The position numbers and the translations under genes were made by a program. This document shows, one piece after another, positions 29,620 through 39,613 of a stretch of 64,000 nucleotides of DNA. The DNA comes from Sphingobacteriaceae bacterium. Its GTDB lineage: Bacteria; Bacteroidota; Bacteroidia; UBA7662. The stretch is from contig JAUXNJ010000010.1 of assembly GCA_030682795.1 (NCBI GenBank), positions 176,660 through 240,659 of the forward strand. Direction: 5' to 3'. The notes below the pieces were generated by a model. The model ran no database searches. It saw only the letters and a list, made by a program, of their open reading frames with translations, and was not told the origin of the DNA. Each line of letters starts with the position of its first letter. Position 1 is the stretch's first letter.

Positions 29620-30786
29620 TTATTGCCAAGTCCAGCCCTTGGTCACTAAAAGTTGCAAGGCGTCGTACAAGCTCAACAGGTGCACCCCTGGCCTAAATTC
29701 ACCGGCGCTGTTAGATGGGGTAACCACATGATGCGGGATATTCGGGAAATCTTTCATGGCCTCGGTGTTGCCTTTGCTCAAGCGCGGACTGTTGCTGTAT
29801 TTAAATTCGAAGCTCGCCACGGGCTTGTTGTTTTGCACCAGTAGCAAATCGAGTTCGGCCCCCGCGGCGGTGCGGTAAAAATACGGTTGCAGGCCTGGTT
29901 TGAGAATGGCCAACAGCTGCTGTATGCCAAAACCTTCCCAAGAAGCTCCTTTGAGAATGTCGCCTTCGAGTGCATTGAGGCTTTGGATGCCAGAGAGCAG
30001 ATGTAGCAGTCCCGAGTCGCGGATGTAAAGCTTCGGACTTTTTACCAATCGCTTTTGGTGGTTGGCGTGATAAGGGTGCAGGGTACGAATCAAAAACATC
30101 TGCTCAAAAAATTGCAGATAGTTTTTAACGGTGGGGAGACTCAACTGCGTGGCTTGGGCTAGATTGCTGTAATTGATCAGTTGGCCGTGTACCGAGCAAA
30201 GTAGTTGCAAAAATTGTTCAAGTTCCTGTGGGTTGGTGCGCAATTCGGCGGTACCTAGTTCGCGTTGCAAATAGCTTCTGCCAAAATCGAGTAGCCAGTC
30301 GAAGGCATCTTCGTCGGAGAGCGCGAGGTAAGCTAGCGGGTAACCGCCGCGCAGCCAAAGTGTATCGCGATTTTCGGCGGTGGTTTCGAGTAACTGCAGT
30401 GGATGTAGCTCCCGGAAGTGAATGCGGCCGGCCAAACTTTCGGAGCTGCTTACGAGCAAATGATCGGAGGCCGAGCCGAGCAGCAAAAAGCGGCCCGGAC
30501 GGCGGTTGGCATCCACCAAGCTCCTAAGCACTGGAAACAGTTCAGGCATGCGCTGCACCTCGTCGATGATGATGCGTTTTTGGGCGTTTTTTTCAAGGAA
30601 AAATTCAGGATCGCTTAATCGCAGCAGGTCCGACGGCCGCTCGAGGTCGAGATAAAGACTGTCTTCTGACCCAGCCAATTGCCGCGCAAGCGTAGTTTTA
30701 CCCACCTGCCGCGGTCCGAGCAGCGCCACCACAGGATACTTGTTCAATGCCTTTTGCAGACCGGTATGGGTAAAACGATTAATCAT
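29620..30786 (-). CDS. AAA+ ATPase (AAA_14) with DUF4143 wHTH/PD-(D/E)XK-like C-terminus
   Basis: GPRQVGKTT, IIIDEVQ, LLGS, ESLAGR, GGYP, KRLVKSPKLYIRDSG and ELDLL...FEFK. Confidence 0.93.
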   Translation of the reverse strand: MINRFTHTGLQKALNKYPVVALLGPRQVGKTTLARQLAGSEDSLYLDLERPSDLLRLSDPEFFLEKNAQKRIIIDEVQRMPELFPVLRSLVDANRRPGRFLLLGSASDHLLVSSSESLAGRIHFRELHPLQLLETTAENRDTLWLRGGYPLAYLALSDEDAFDWLLDFGRSYLQRELGTAELRTNPQELEQFLQLLCSVHGQLINYSNLAQATQLSLPTVKNYLQFFEQMFLIRTLHPYHANHQKRLVKSPKLYIRDSGLLHLLSGIQSLNALEGDILKGASWEGFGIQQLLAILKPGLQPYFYRTAAGAELDLLLVQNNKPVASFEFKYSNSPRLSKGNTEAMKDFPNIPHHVVTPSNSAGEFRPGVHLLSLYDALQLLVTKGWTWQ

Positions 30787-30839
30787 TATCCTTGTAAATT
30801 TAAATCATACTTCGAAAATTGCAAGGATAATTTTGATTT
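30783..30839. repeat. 57-bp palindromic direct repeat, copy B (covers the ATPase ATG and probable promoter)
   Basis: tcattatccttgtaaatttaaatcatacttcgaaaattgcaaggataattttgattt; 16-bp arms around a 13-bp spacer. Confidence 0.92.
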
Positions 30840-30902
30840 ATGACTTTTGTAAGTAGTTCAGGGAGATTTTGGTGAAATCTTACGCACAGTTTTTCTTATC
30901 CG

Positions 30903-30946
30903 ATTCCTGCAAAATCAAAATCAAATTTTAAAATTGCAGGGATAAT
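30903..30946. repeat. Third, degenerate copy of the same dyad
   Basis: attcctgcaaaat...aaaattgcagggataa. Confidence 0.65.
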
Positions 30947-30960
30947 TAGGTTTCTCGAGC

Positions 30961-31221
30961 TTAAGAAGCAAGATTTATCTTGGCCTTACAGAATCTCCAC
31001 CCATGCCTGCAAGCGGCAACGGCACTCATCATTAACACCAAGTTTACACCCGCGCCATCGAACTGCCATGCGCCCATCCAAAGGAGCATCACAATGGTAA
31101 GTACATACATCAAGGCTGCACCAAGCTCTAAAATGGGTTTAGCTACAAAGCGCTGAAGCAGCCAATGAAGGCCGAGAATGCCTATAAACAAAGCAATAAG
31201 CTGCAAGTCAGTCATGTTCAT
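30961..31221 (-). CDS. Small membrane protein
   Basis: Three hydrophobic segments; a TACTTTG-like promoter box lies upstream. Confidence 0.5.
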   Translation of the reverse strand: MNMTDLQLIALFIGILGLHWLLQRFVAKPILELGAALMYVLTIVMLLWMGAWQFDGAGVNLVLMMSAVAACRHGWRFCKAKINLAS

Positions 31222-31338
31222 ATTATTTAGAAAGGCAAAGTACAAAAAATTACACAAGGTGGATTACAGAAAGATTTTTTTGGATTCGCATCGGAACCAA
31301 TGTTTGGCTTTTTCAATCTTCTACCTTATCTTTGCAAG

Positions 31339-31463
31339 GCTTATCCAGAAGGACGGAGGGAACGGCCCTACGAAGTCCTGGCAACCGCAGCGTGAAGCTT
31401 GCTTTATGTTGGTTTGGTGCCAATTCCGCTGCCACTAACAAATACTTGAGGCAGGAGATGAGC
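31339..31463 (+). ncRNA. SAM-I (S-box) riboswitch
   Basis: CTTATCCAGA...GGAGGGAACGGCCC.ACGAAG.CCTGGCAACC...GGTGCCAATTCC...GAGATGAG. It starts just after the TATCTTTG promoter (31327-31334) and lies upstream of metH. Confidence 0.93.
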
Positions 31464-31529
31464 AGGCAGTAATCAGCTAAAAAGGGCTGTGTGCTATCTG
31501 CAAGTCGGTACCCGAATCCTTCGGGGATG

Positions 31530-31556
31530 AGCTAAACCAAAAGTTTGGCTTTTTTT
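31530..31556 (+). terminator. Candidate riboswitch expression-platform terminator
   Basis: agctaaac-caaaa-gtttggct followed by a T-run ending directly at the metH ATG. Confidence 0.55.
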
Positions 31557-34500
31557 ATGCATTACGATATTCAAGAGGAGATTAAAAAGCGCATTCTGGT
31601 GCTCGACGGGGCCATGGGTACGCAAATTCAGAATTATAAACTTACCGAGGCCGATTACCGCGGCACACGCTTCGCCGATTGGCAGTCGGATGTAAAAGGC
31701 AACAACGAATTGCTGTCGCTTAGCCAGCCGCACATCATCGAAAACATTCACCGGGCGTATTTTGAGGCCGGGGCCGACATCGCCGAAACCAATACCTTCA
31801 ATGCCCAGCGGGTGTCGATGGCCGATTACGGCATGGAGGAGCTGAGCTACGAGCTCAATGTAACTTCAGCCAAAATCGCCCGGCAGGTAGCCGACGAATT
31901 TACGGCTGCCAATCCCAACAAACCGCGCTTTGTGGCTGGTGCCCTCGGGCCTACCAACAAAACGGCGAGTATTAGTCCCGACGTAAACAACCCCGGCTTC
32001 CGCAGCATCAGCTTCGACGAGTTGGTGGCGGCGTATTACGAGCAGGTGAAAGGACTGGTCGACGGCGGGGTGGATGCCCTGCTGGTAGAAACCATCTTCG
32101 ATACGCTCAATGCCAAGGCGGCTTTGTATGCCATTGATAAGTATTTTCAGGACGAAAAACGGGCGCCGCTGCCCATCATGGTGAGTGGCACGATCACCGA
32201 CAACAGCGGCAGGACCTTAAGCGGACAAACCGTAGAGGCCTTTCTGTATTCGATGTCGCACCTCCCGCTGCTCAGCATTGGCCTGAACTGCGCCCTCGGC
32301 GCTGCCCAAATGCGCCCGCACCTGCAGTCGCTTTCCAAGGCTTCCAAATTCCGCATCTCGGCCCACCCCAATGCGGGCTTGCCGAATGCCTTTGGGGAGT
32401 ACGACGAGAGTCCCGCCATGATGCGCGCCCACATCAAAGACTTCCTCGACAACAGTTTTGTGAACATCATCGGCGGTTGCTGCGGCACTTCGCCTGAGCA
32501 CATCCGCGAAATTGCTGCTGAGGCAGCGCTGCACCAGCCCCGGCAGTCGCCCGCCCTCGAGCCCGTGATGCACCTGAGCGGCTTAGAGCCCGTGAGCATC
32601 ACCAAACAAACCAATTTTGTGAATGTAGGAGAGCGCACCAATGTAACGGGTTCGCGCATGTTCGCCCGCCTCATTAAAGAAGAAAAGTTCGACGAAGCTG
32701 TGGAGGTAGCCCGCCAGCAAGTAGAAAACGGCGCTCAGGTAATCGACGTGAACTTCGACGAAGGCATGCTCGACTCCGAAGCCGCCATGACCCGCTTCCT
32801 CAACCTCATTGCCGCCGAGCCCGACATTGCGCGGGTGCCCGTAATGATCGACTCGTCCAAGTGGAGCGTCATCGAAGCAGGTTTGAAATGTGTGCAGGGC
32901 AAAGCCATCGTCAACTCTATCTCCCTCAAAGAAGGGGAGGAGCGCTTTAAATACTACGCCCACCAAGTGCTGGCCTACGGCGCCGCCGTGATTGTAATGG
33001 CGTTTGACGAGCAGGGCCAGGCCGACAGCTACGAGCGCCGCATCGAAATTTGCCAGCGCGCCTACAACATCCTGGTGCAGGAAGTTGGTTTCCCAGCTGA
33101 AGACATCATTTTCGACCCCAACATCCTCACCGTAGCCACGGGCATTGAAGAGCACAACAACTATGCAGTCGATTTCATCAACGCCACCCGCTGGATCAAG
33201 CAAAACCTGCCCGGCGTAAAAGTCAGCGGCGGGGTGAGCAACATAAGCTTCAGCTTCCGCGGCAACGACAAAGTGCGCGAAGCCATGCACGCCGCCTTTT
33301 TGTACCACGCCATTCAGGCGGGTATGGACATGGGCATTGTGAATGCGGGGCAGATTGAGGTGTATGAAGAGGTAGATAAGGAGCTGCTGCAGCATGTGGA
33401 AGATGTGCTGCTGAACCGCCGCGACGATTCAACCGAGCGCCTCATCCAGCTGGCCGAGCAGTACAAAGGCGGCAAGGGCAAGGAGGCTGCGGCCAAAGAC
33501 GAAAGCTGGCGCCTCGAGCCCGTGCAAGCGCGACTCACCCATGCCTTGGTGAAGGGCATAGATGAGTTCATTGACCAGGATGTGGAAGAAGCCCGGCACG
33601 AGTTTGAGAAACCGTTGCAGGTAATCGAGGGTCCGTTAATGGCCGGTATGAACGTGGTTGGCGACCTTTTTGGGGCCGGTAAGATGTTTTTGCCGCAGGT
33701 GGTGAAAAGCGCCCGGGTAATGAAAAAAGCTGTGGCCTACCTCATGCCGTACCTCGAGGCCGAGAAACTGGCCAATCCCTCCGAACACAAATCTGCCAAA
33801 GGCAAAATCCTGATGGCAACCGTAAAAGGCGACGTACACGACATTGGTAAAAATATTGTGGGCGTGGTGTTGCAGTGCAACAACTACGATGTAGTGGACC
33901 TCGGGGTGATGGTGAGCTGCGATAAAATTCTGGCGGCGGCCATCGAACACGAGGTAGATGTGATTGGTCTGTCGGGTTTGATTACGCCTTCGCTCGATGA
34001 AATGGTGTTTGTGGCCTCCGAAATGGAGCGCCTCGGCATTAAAAAACCGTTGATCATTGGCGGAGCCACTACTTCGCGGGCCCATACGGCTGTAAAAATA
34101 GCCCCGGCCTTCAACGGCACCGTGGTGCATGTGTTAGATGCGAGTCGCTCGGTGCCCGTGGTAAGTGCCTTGCTCAGTCCCGACCAGCGCGACGCCTTCA
34201 CCGCCAACACCCGTGCCGATTACGACAAACTGCGCGAGGGCTACCTCAGTCGCGGCCGCGAAAAAGCCATGTTGCCCATCGCTGAAGCCCGTGCCAACCG
34301 CTTCCCGATCGATTTTAAAGCCGAAGATTTGGCCGTGCCTGCTCAGCCTGGTATCCACGAATTTCGCCAATATCCGCTGGCCACTTTGGTCGATTACATC
34401 GACTGGACGCCCTTCTTCCAGGCCTGGGAGCTGCATGGCAAATTTCCCAACATCCTCCACGATGAGGTGGTGGGAGAAGCCGCCACCAAGCTGTTCGAAG

Positions 34501-35219
34501 ATGCGCAGGCCATGCTCAAGACCATCGTAAAAGAGCAATGGTTAGATGCACGGGCAGTGTTTGGGCTCTTTGCAGCCAATGCCGAAGGTGATGATGTTTT
34601 GTTAGAAGATGGCACCCGCTTCTTAACCCTGCGCCAGCAGGCTAAAAAAGCAGATACCTTACCCAATATAGCCCTCAGCGACTTTGTAGCACCCAAGGAA
34701 AGCGGTCTGCAAGACCACCTAGGCCTCTTTGCCGTAGGTGTTTTTGGTGCCGAAGAGCGTGTAAACGTGATGAAAGCCGCGCACGACGACTACAACGCCA
34801 TCTTGCTACAATCGCTTTCCGACCGCCTGGCCGAAGCTTTTGCCGAGCATTTGCATGAGCGGGTACGCAAAGAATATTGGGGCTACGAGCCGCAGGAGCA
34901 GCTCAGCAACGACGATTTGATTGCCGAAAAATACCGCGGCATTCGTCCCGCGCCCGGCTACCCCGCTTGTCCCGACCACCTAGACAAACGCACCCTCTTT
35001 GCGCGCCTCGACGTGGAGCAGCGCATTGGCCTTACCCTCACCGAGCACTGCGCCATGTGGCCTGCTGCCGCTGTGAGTGGCTTTTACCTTGCCCATCCCC
35101 AAGCTAAATACTTTGGTGTGGGTAAAATTGACAAAGACCAGGTGGAAGATTATGCTGTACGCCGCGGCATCAGTTTAGAGGAGGCGGAGAAGTGGTTGTC
35201 ACCAACCTTAAATTATTGA
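31557..35219 (+). CDS. metH: Cobalamin-dependent methionine synthase (single polypeptide)
   Basis: [31 protein letters not shown] (B12-binding) and [12 protein letters not shown]. Confidence 0.98.
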   Translation: MHYDIQEEIKKRILVLDGAMGTQIQNYKLTEADYRGTRFADWQSDVKGNNELLSLSQPHIIENIHRAYFEAGADIAETNTFNAQRVSMADYGMEELSYELNVTSAKIARQVADEFTAANPNKPRFVAGALGPTNKTASISPDVNNPGFRSISFDELVAAYYEQVKGLVDGGVDALLVETIFDTLNAKAALYAIDKYFQDEKRAPLPIMVSGTITDNSGRTLSGQTVEAFLYSMSHLPLLSIGLNCALGAAQMRPHLQSLSKASKFRISAHPNAGLPNAFGEYDESPAMMRAHIKDFLDNSFVNIIGGCCGTSPEHIREIAAEAALHQPRQSPALEPVMHLSGLEPVSITKQTNFVNVGERTNVTGSRMFARLIKEEKFDEAVEVARQQVENGAQVIDVNFDEGMLDSEAAMTRFLNLIAAEPDIARVPVMIDSSKWSVIEAGLKCVQGKAIVNSISLKEGEERFKYYAHQVLAYGAAVIVMAFDEQGQADSYERRIEICQRAYNILVQEVGFPAEDIIFDPNILTVATGIEEHNNYAVDFINATRWIKQNLPGVKVSGGVSNISFSFRGNDKVREAMHAAFLYHAIQAGMDMGIVNAGQIEVYEEVDKELLQHVEDVLLNRRDDSTERLIQLAEQYKGGKGKEAAAKDESWRLEPVQARLTHALVKGIDEFIDQDVEEARHEFEKPLQVIEGPLMAGMNVVGDLFGAGKMFLPQVVKSARVMKKAVAYLMPYLEAEKLANPSEHKSAKGKILMATVKGDVHDIGKNIVGVVLQCNNYDVVDLGVMVSCDKILAAAIEHEVDVIGLSGLITPSLDEMVFVASEMERLGIKKPLIIGGATTSRAHTAVKIAPAFNGTVVHVLDASRSVPVVSALLSPDQRDAFTANTRADYDKLREGYLSRGREKAMLPIAEARANRFPIDFKAEDLAVPAQPGIHEFRQYPLATLVDYIDWTPFFQAWELHGKFPNILHDEVVGEAATKLFEDAQAMLKTIVKEQWLDARAVFGLFAANAEGDDVLLEDGTRFLTLRQQAKKADTLPNIALSDFVAPKESGLQDHLGLFAVGVFGAEERVNVMKAAHDDYNAILLQSLSDRLAEAFAEHLHERVRKEYWGYEPQEQLSNDDLIAEKYRGIRPAPGYPACPDHLDKRTLFARLDVEQRIGLTLTEHCAMWPAAAVSGFYLAHPQAKYFGVGKIDKDQVEDYAVRRGISLEEAEKWLSPTLNY

Positions 35220-35372
35220 AACACGGAGGTCACGGAGGTCACGGAGTTTCTCTTTTTTGAAACACGGAGGTCACGGAGGACACGGAGTTTCTCTTTTTTG
35301 AAACACGGAGGTCACGGAGGACACGGAGTTTCTCTTTTTTGAAACACGGAGGTCACGGAGGACACGGAGTTT
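35218..35372 (+). repeat. Left arm: 3.8 tandem copies of a 41-bp unit, each with three CACGGAG(GT/GA/TT) 9-mers
   Basis: gaaacacggaggtcacggagg(t/a)cacggagtttctctttttt starts at 35218, 35259, 35300 and 35341. Confidence 0.97.
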
Positions 35373-35451
35373 ATGGAACTCAGAAAATGAAAAAGAATGC
35401 GGAATATGAATTAAAGAAAGGTGCGTAATTGCTTGTTTAAAACAAAATACC

Positions 35452-35832
35452 ATGAGCAAGCTATTATATGCCGAATTGAGCGAAAAAGTGTTAGGCGCAG
35501 CGCTAAATGTTCACAGAGAACTGGGGCCGGGACTTTTAGAAAACGCTTACAAATTTGCTTTAATGCATGAATTGGACGAACGAAAAATAAAATATCAAAC
35601 AGAAATACCGATTCCGATGGTATACAAAGGACAGAAGTTGGATTGTGGCTACCGAGCTGATTTTTTAGTGGAGGATCACTTGATTCTTGAGCTAAAAGCA
35701 GCAGAGCATATGCACAATCTCTTTAAAGCACAACTGATGACCTATTTGCGCTTGTCGGAACGAAAAGTTGGACTACTAATCAATTTTAATACTGAACTAC
35801 TAAAAAATGGAGTCATTCGCTTGGTCATGTAA
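35452..35832 (+). CDS. GxxExxY protein (PDDEXK_3 nuclease-like)
   Basis: VHRELGPGLLENAY, YRADFLV, ILELKA, QLMTYL and GLLINFN. Confidence 0.95.
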   Translation: MSKLLYAELSEKVLGAALNVHRELGPGLLENAYKFALMHELDERKIKYQTEIPIPMVYKGQKLDCGYRADFLVEDHLILELKAAEHMHNLFKAQLMTYLRLSERKVGLLINFNTELLKNGVIRLVM

Positions 35833-35834
35833 TT

Positions 35835-35926
35835 CTCCGTGCTCTCCGTGTCCTCCGTGTTTTATGAACGCGAAGTCAGCGAGAGCAAGTAAAATTTCTC
35901 CGTGCCCTCCGTGTCCTCCGTGTTTT
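35835..35926 (-). repeat. Right arm: two reverse-complement copies of the triple 9-mer
   Basis: ctccgtgctctccgtgtcctccgtgtttt (35835-35863) and ctccgtgccctccgtgtcctccgtgtttt (35898-35926). Confidence 0.95.
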
Positions 35927-35932
35927 TAAAAT

Positions 35933-36886
35933 ATGAAAATTACAGAACACATCCATAGCTCGAAAGACACCCTCTTCTCCTTCGAGATCCTGCCGCCCTT
36001 AAAAGGCCAAGACATCAACCAGATTTATGCTGGCATTGAGCCGTTGATGGAATTTAATCCCCCCTTCATCGACGTAACCTACCACCGCGAGGAATTCATC
36101 ATGAAGCCCTTGCCCGACGGCACCTTCCGGCGCATCACCACCCGCAAACGCCCGGGTACGGTGGCTATTTGTGCGGCCATCATGAACAAATTTAAGGTAG
36201 ATGCCGTGCCACACCTCATTTGCGGCGGCTTTACCCGCGAAGAAACCGAAAACGCCCTTATCGACTTGCACTTTTTGGGCATCGATAATGTGCTGGTGTT
36301 GCGCGGCGACAACCTCAAGCACGAAACCGTATTCACTCCGGAGCCTGAGGGTAACAAAAACTCGCTCGAATTGCTGCAGCAAGTGCAGGAAATGAATAAA
36401 GGTATTTATTTAGATGAAGACCTTGTGAATCCGGTGGCTACTAATTTTTGCATCGGTGTTTCTGGTTATCCCGAAAAGCACCAGGATGCCCCCAATTTGA
36501 AGTCAGATTTGCTTTGGTTGCAGAAAAAAGTGGATGCAGGAGCGGAATTTATCACCACCCAAATGTTTTTCGATAACCAAGCCTACTTCGATTTTGTAGA
36601 GAAATGCCGAAAACAAGGGATTAACATTCCGATCATCCCAGGTATCAAGCCCATTGCCACCAAAAAACAGCTTACAGTGCTTCCTAAAATCTTTCACATC
36701 GACATCCCAGAGGCATTGGCTGAAGCGGTGGAGAAGGCCAAGGACGACCGGCAGGTGAAGGAAATAGGTATTGAATGGGCCATCCAGCAGTGCAAGGAGC
36801 TCAAAGCAGGTGGCGTTCCCGTACTTCATTTTTATACCATGGGGAGGAGCGAAGCCACTAAAAAAATTGCAGAGGCGGTTTTTTAG
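35933..36886 (+). CDS. metF: 5,10-methylenetetrahydrofolate reductase
   Basis: FSFEILPP, PHLICGG, LRGD, GYPEKH, ITTQMFFD and LHFYTM. Confidence 0.96.
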   Translation: MKITEHIHSSKDTLFSFEILPPLKGQDINQIYAGIEPLMEFNPPFIDVTYHREEFIMKPLPDGTFRRITTRKRPGTVAICAAIMNKFKVDAVPHLICGGFTREETENALIDLHFLGIDNVLVLRGDNLKHETVFTPEPEGNKNSLELLQQVQEMNKGIYLDEDLVNPVATNFCIGVSGYPEKHQDAPNLKSDLLWLQKKVDAGAEFITTQMFFDNQAYFDFVEKCRKQGINIPIIPGIKPIATKKQLTVLPKIFHIDIPEALAEAVEKAKDDRQVKEIGIEWAIQQCKELKAGGVPVLHFYTMGRSEATKKIAEAVF

Positions 36887-36914
36887 TCTTGGCTGTATTC
36901 AGTATTATTGGGGT

Positions 36915-37310
36915 ATGAATAATCAATTTAACAAAATTGATTGGCCAAGTTACGGCTATGCCAATTTGTATTTCGGTGTCCCGGTTTTGCTGTTCGGACT
37001 GAGTTTAGAGACCATTTCAGCTACCACTCAATTTTTGATATGGTTGCCGTTTGCTATGGGAATAATTATTTTGTTACTCACTGACCGGCAGGAGCTCTTG
37101 AAGTTTATTTTTCCTTTCGCGGCTAAAAGCGGAAGGGGCATGGCGCGTTACCTGGGTGTGGTAGGCCTGCTGACTTATACCTCAGGTCGTGTACTTCCAG
37201 AAGGGATTGCCAAAGCCCCCTTCTTGTTAAATGCGGGCCTGCTATTGGTGGCTGCTTCCGCGGCCTGGTACATGATTCGTTTGGTGCGTTTTCAAGAACG
37301 TGGCTTGTAA
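36915..37310 (+). CDS. Small membrane protein
   Basis: Four hydrophobic segments from MNNQF. Confidence 0.55.
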   Translation: MNNQFNKIDWPSYGYANLYFGVPVLLFGLSLETISATTQFLIWLPFAMGIIILLLTDRQELLKFIFPFAAKSGRGMARYLGVVGLLTYTSGRVLPEGIAKAPFLLNAGLLLVAASAAWYMIRLVRFQERGL

Positions 37311-37344
37311 GCGCCAAGCCTAACCGGACTTGCGGTCTATCGCT

Positions 37345-38664
37345 CTAGTCCAATGCTTTTCTCAAATCAGCCACACTGCGATATGTGTCGATGATCTTGC
37401 CGTTCTTGTCGATTCGCACAAAAAAAGGAGTAGCATGCACTCGGTAGGCAATCGAACTAGGACCATTCCAGCCTTTCGGGTCACGTAAGTGTTCCCAATG
37501 CTCAAGGTTTTGCTTCTCGGCTTTCCAACCAACCTCCCAACTATCGAGGGCAATGGCGGTGACGGCTATTTGGGGACGGTTGTTTTTTAGCCACAAATGC
37601 AATGTAGGCAGGTCGCGTAAGCAGTGCGGACAGTCGGCCGACCAAAACACCAGTAAATCGGATGAGGGAAGGCGTTTTTCTAGCATTTTACCATCGGCTT
37701 GTACCAATTGTTCGAGTGTGGGTGCTGTGGCCCCAGCTGCGATGCGATTGTAAGCCAACAAGGTATTTCGCAACCGTTCGCTCAGTTGTGGGTCAGTACA
37801 TGCATTTTGAGTAGCTACCCGCTGCTGGATGAGGTGTAAGGCTTTTGGCAGTCCCATTTGCTCGAAGCCTATGCGTAAGAAATCGGCCACGGGAGCAAAA
37901 TAAATCGGATTTTCTTCTAGTTTGTCAAATACGCGATTGAGGTAGCTGATCCCTAAAACCTCGGCATCTTCGCCTTCTTCTGGTGCAAAAAGTCGGTAAT
38001 AGGCCACTAAAAATTGGGGAATGAGGTTGTAGTGCAATTGCAGGGTATCGCTTAAGTCGAGGAGCTCGAGGTAACGTTCGCGGGTGTAAAAACTATCTAA
38101 AGCGGCGCCACTTTGGCCCAAAAAAGGCAATTCAAAACGCAGCTGGCGGGTGCCTAAGTTCTGGACTTTGTTAATCTTGCGCAGCTGAGCGGCTTCAGCC
38201 TTCCGCAGGCGTTTTTGCTGTTTTTTTATTTGCTGCAAGAGGCGGGCTTCACCTTCGTATTCGTTGAGTAAAGCTTGCAATCTGCCTTGATTTTCCCGGA
38301 TTTTACGCAGCTCCTCCTTGTAGCTGCGATAATGGAGCCAACTGCTTCCACGCAAAATGTTGTATGTGTCGTTTGATTTTTGCTCAAAGCTGATGGCTTC
38401 TCCATCGTACAGCACATCTACATAACCACCTTCCCAAGTGAGGCGATAAAAGCCGTGGTAGGCGGGAGCAGGCATGCGAAATAAAAAGATGCTATCGGAA
38501 CCCGTTGTGGCTGTAGCAACGGTATCAGATACGTGCATGCGAAAGTCGTACAACAGCATGGTACTGCCAGCTGGCAAGCGCATTTTTCCCCTGATGGAGC
38601 TGGCAAACAAAGAAGAAGCACTGCCTACAAGCAGTAAAAGAATTATAAGGCTTGTCTTACGCAT
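37345..38664 (-). CDS. Secreted TlpA/AhpC-TSA-like redoxin with long N-terminal extension
   Basis: Signal peptide; FWSADCPHC; YRVHATP (cis-Pro). Confidence 0.82.
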   Translation of the reverse strand: MRKTSLIILLLLVGSASSLFASSIRGKMRLPAGSTMLLYDFRMHVSDTVATATTGSDSIFLFRMPAPAYHGFYRLTWEGGYVDVLYDGEAISFEQKSNDTYNILRGSSWLHYRSYKEELRKIRENQGRLQALLNEYEGEARLLQQIKKQQKRLRKAEAAQLRKINKVQNLGTRQLRFELPFLGQSGAALDSFYTRERYLELLDLSDTLQLHYNLIPQFLVAYYRLFAPEEGEDAEVLGISYLNRVFDKLEENPIYFAPVADFLRIGFEQMGLPKALHLIQQRVATQNACTDPQLSERLRNTLLAYNRIAAGATAPTLEQLVQADGKMLEKRLPSSDLLVFWSADCPHCLRDLPTLHLWLKNNRPQIAVTAIALDSWEVGWKAEKQNLEHWEHLRDPKGWNGPSSIAYRVHATPFFVRIDKNGKIIDTYRSVADLRKALD

Positions 38665-39605
38665 CTGATTCGATGGGAATTACTTTTGGAACTCACGCCA
38701 CTTACGCCGCTTGGAAAGGTGCGCATCATGGCATTGGCCGTAAAGGTAGGATTTTCGCTTGATGACCAATAGCCCCCAGCTGCGAAACCACCGATACTAT
38801 TGGCAGAATCTCTTAGGCAGAGTAGTTGATCATAGGCAGGTAAATACCAATCACTGAAGCCAAAGGCTGTGAGATTGGCGCAGATGGCCGCCGCAGGGGT
38901 GCCTGTGCAGGTGGCAGCAATGGTGGAGGTATTGAGCGACCCATTGGTATAGCTTGATGCCCCAGTTACAATTCCTGAACAGCCCCAGGGAGTTGGGCCA
39001 GCATTGTCGGTAGGGTGTACAAATAGGGTTGTGCCAAGACAGGGGATGGAGGGTAGGGCGGGGCCTGCATCGTATACAATCAGCAGGGTGTCGCTACTGG
39101 CGTTGCAAGGAGGGTTACTGATGGTCCAAACCAGCTGATATGTTCCGCCTGAAAGTCCGGTGAAACTGCTGTTAGGTAAGCTAGGATTACCCAAAGTGCC
39201 CCCTGTTCCTGAAAGAATGGTCCATAAACCAGTTCCTACACCAGGCGTATTGGCACTTAGGGTGATGGTTCCGCTGGCATTGGTAATGTTTGATCCAGCG
39301 TTGGCCGTTGTTGGTGCGCTTACCAAATTGAGTGCAATTTCGCCAGAGTTATTGGTGCAGTTTTGATCGGTAACCAAGGCGCGATAATGGCCATTTTGAT
39401 TAGGAGTGAAGGTGTAAGTAGCGGTGGTAGCACCACTGATGTTGTTCCAAGCACCTCCAGGCATTGAATCCTGCCACTGAATGTTGCCAATGGCTGTTCC
39501 TGGAAGCTCTAGACTCACTTGTTGTCCCGAACAAACATTGGTTTGGGCCTGCAAAAAGCTGGTAGAACAAATTATGAGAGCGACTGTATATGATAACTTT
39601 TTCAT
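38643..39605 (-). CDS. Secreted Ig-like protein with Cys-rich DUF1566-like C-terminal domain
   Basis: Signal peptide, Ig-like QWQ...Y.A.V, then C....GFSDWYLP..DQL, YWSSSE and IRCVR. Confidence 0.7.
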   Translation of the reverse strand: MKKLSYTVALIICSTSFLQAQTNVCSGQQVSLELPGTAIGNIQWQDSMPGGAWNNISGATTATYTFTPNQNGHYRALVTDQNCTNNSGEIALNLVSAPTTANAGSNITNASGTITLSANTPGVGTGLWTILSGTGGTLGNPSLPNSSFTGLSGGTYQLVWTISNPPCNASSDTLLIVYDAGPALPSIPCLGTTLFVHPTDNAGPTPWGCSGIVTGASSYTNGSLNTSTIAATCTGTPAAAICANLTAFGFSDWYLPAYDQLLCLRDSANSIGGFAAGGYWSSSENPTFTANAMMRTFPSGVSGVSSKSNSHRIRCVRQAL

Positions 39606-39613
39606 GTAACGGC

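Noticed and set aside
22420..31300. Prophage or integrative conjugative element
   Set aside because: No integrase, transposase, phage structural or conjugation genes are recognisable.
31470..31540. Second (SAM-II-like) riboswitch suggested by AGCTAAAAAGGG and TGCAAG
   Set aside because: The motifs are in the wrong order and the GAUUU loop and P1 of SAM-II are missing; the region is better read as the SAM-I expression platform.
35218..35372. CRISPR array
   Set aside because: The 41-bp units are contiguous with no unique spacers, and there are no cas genes in the window.
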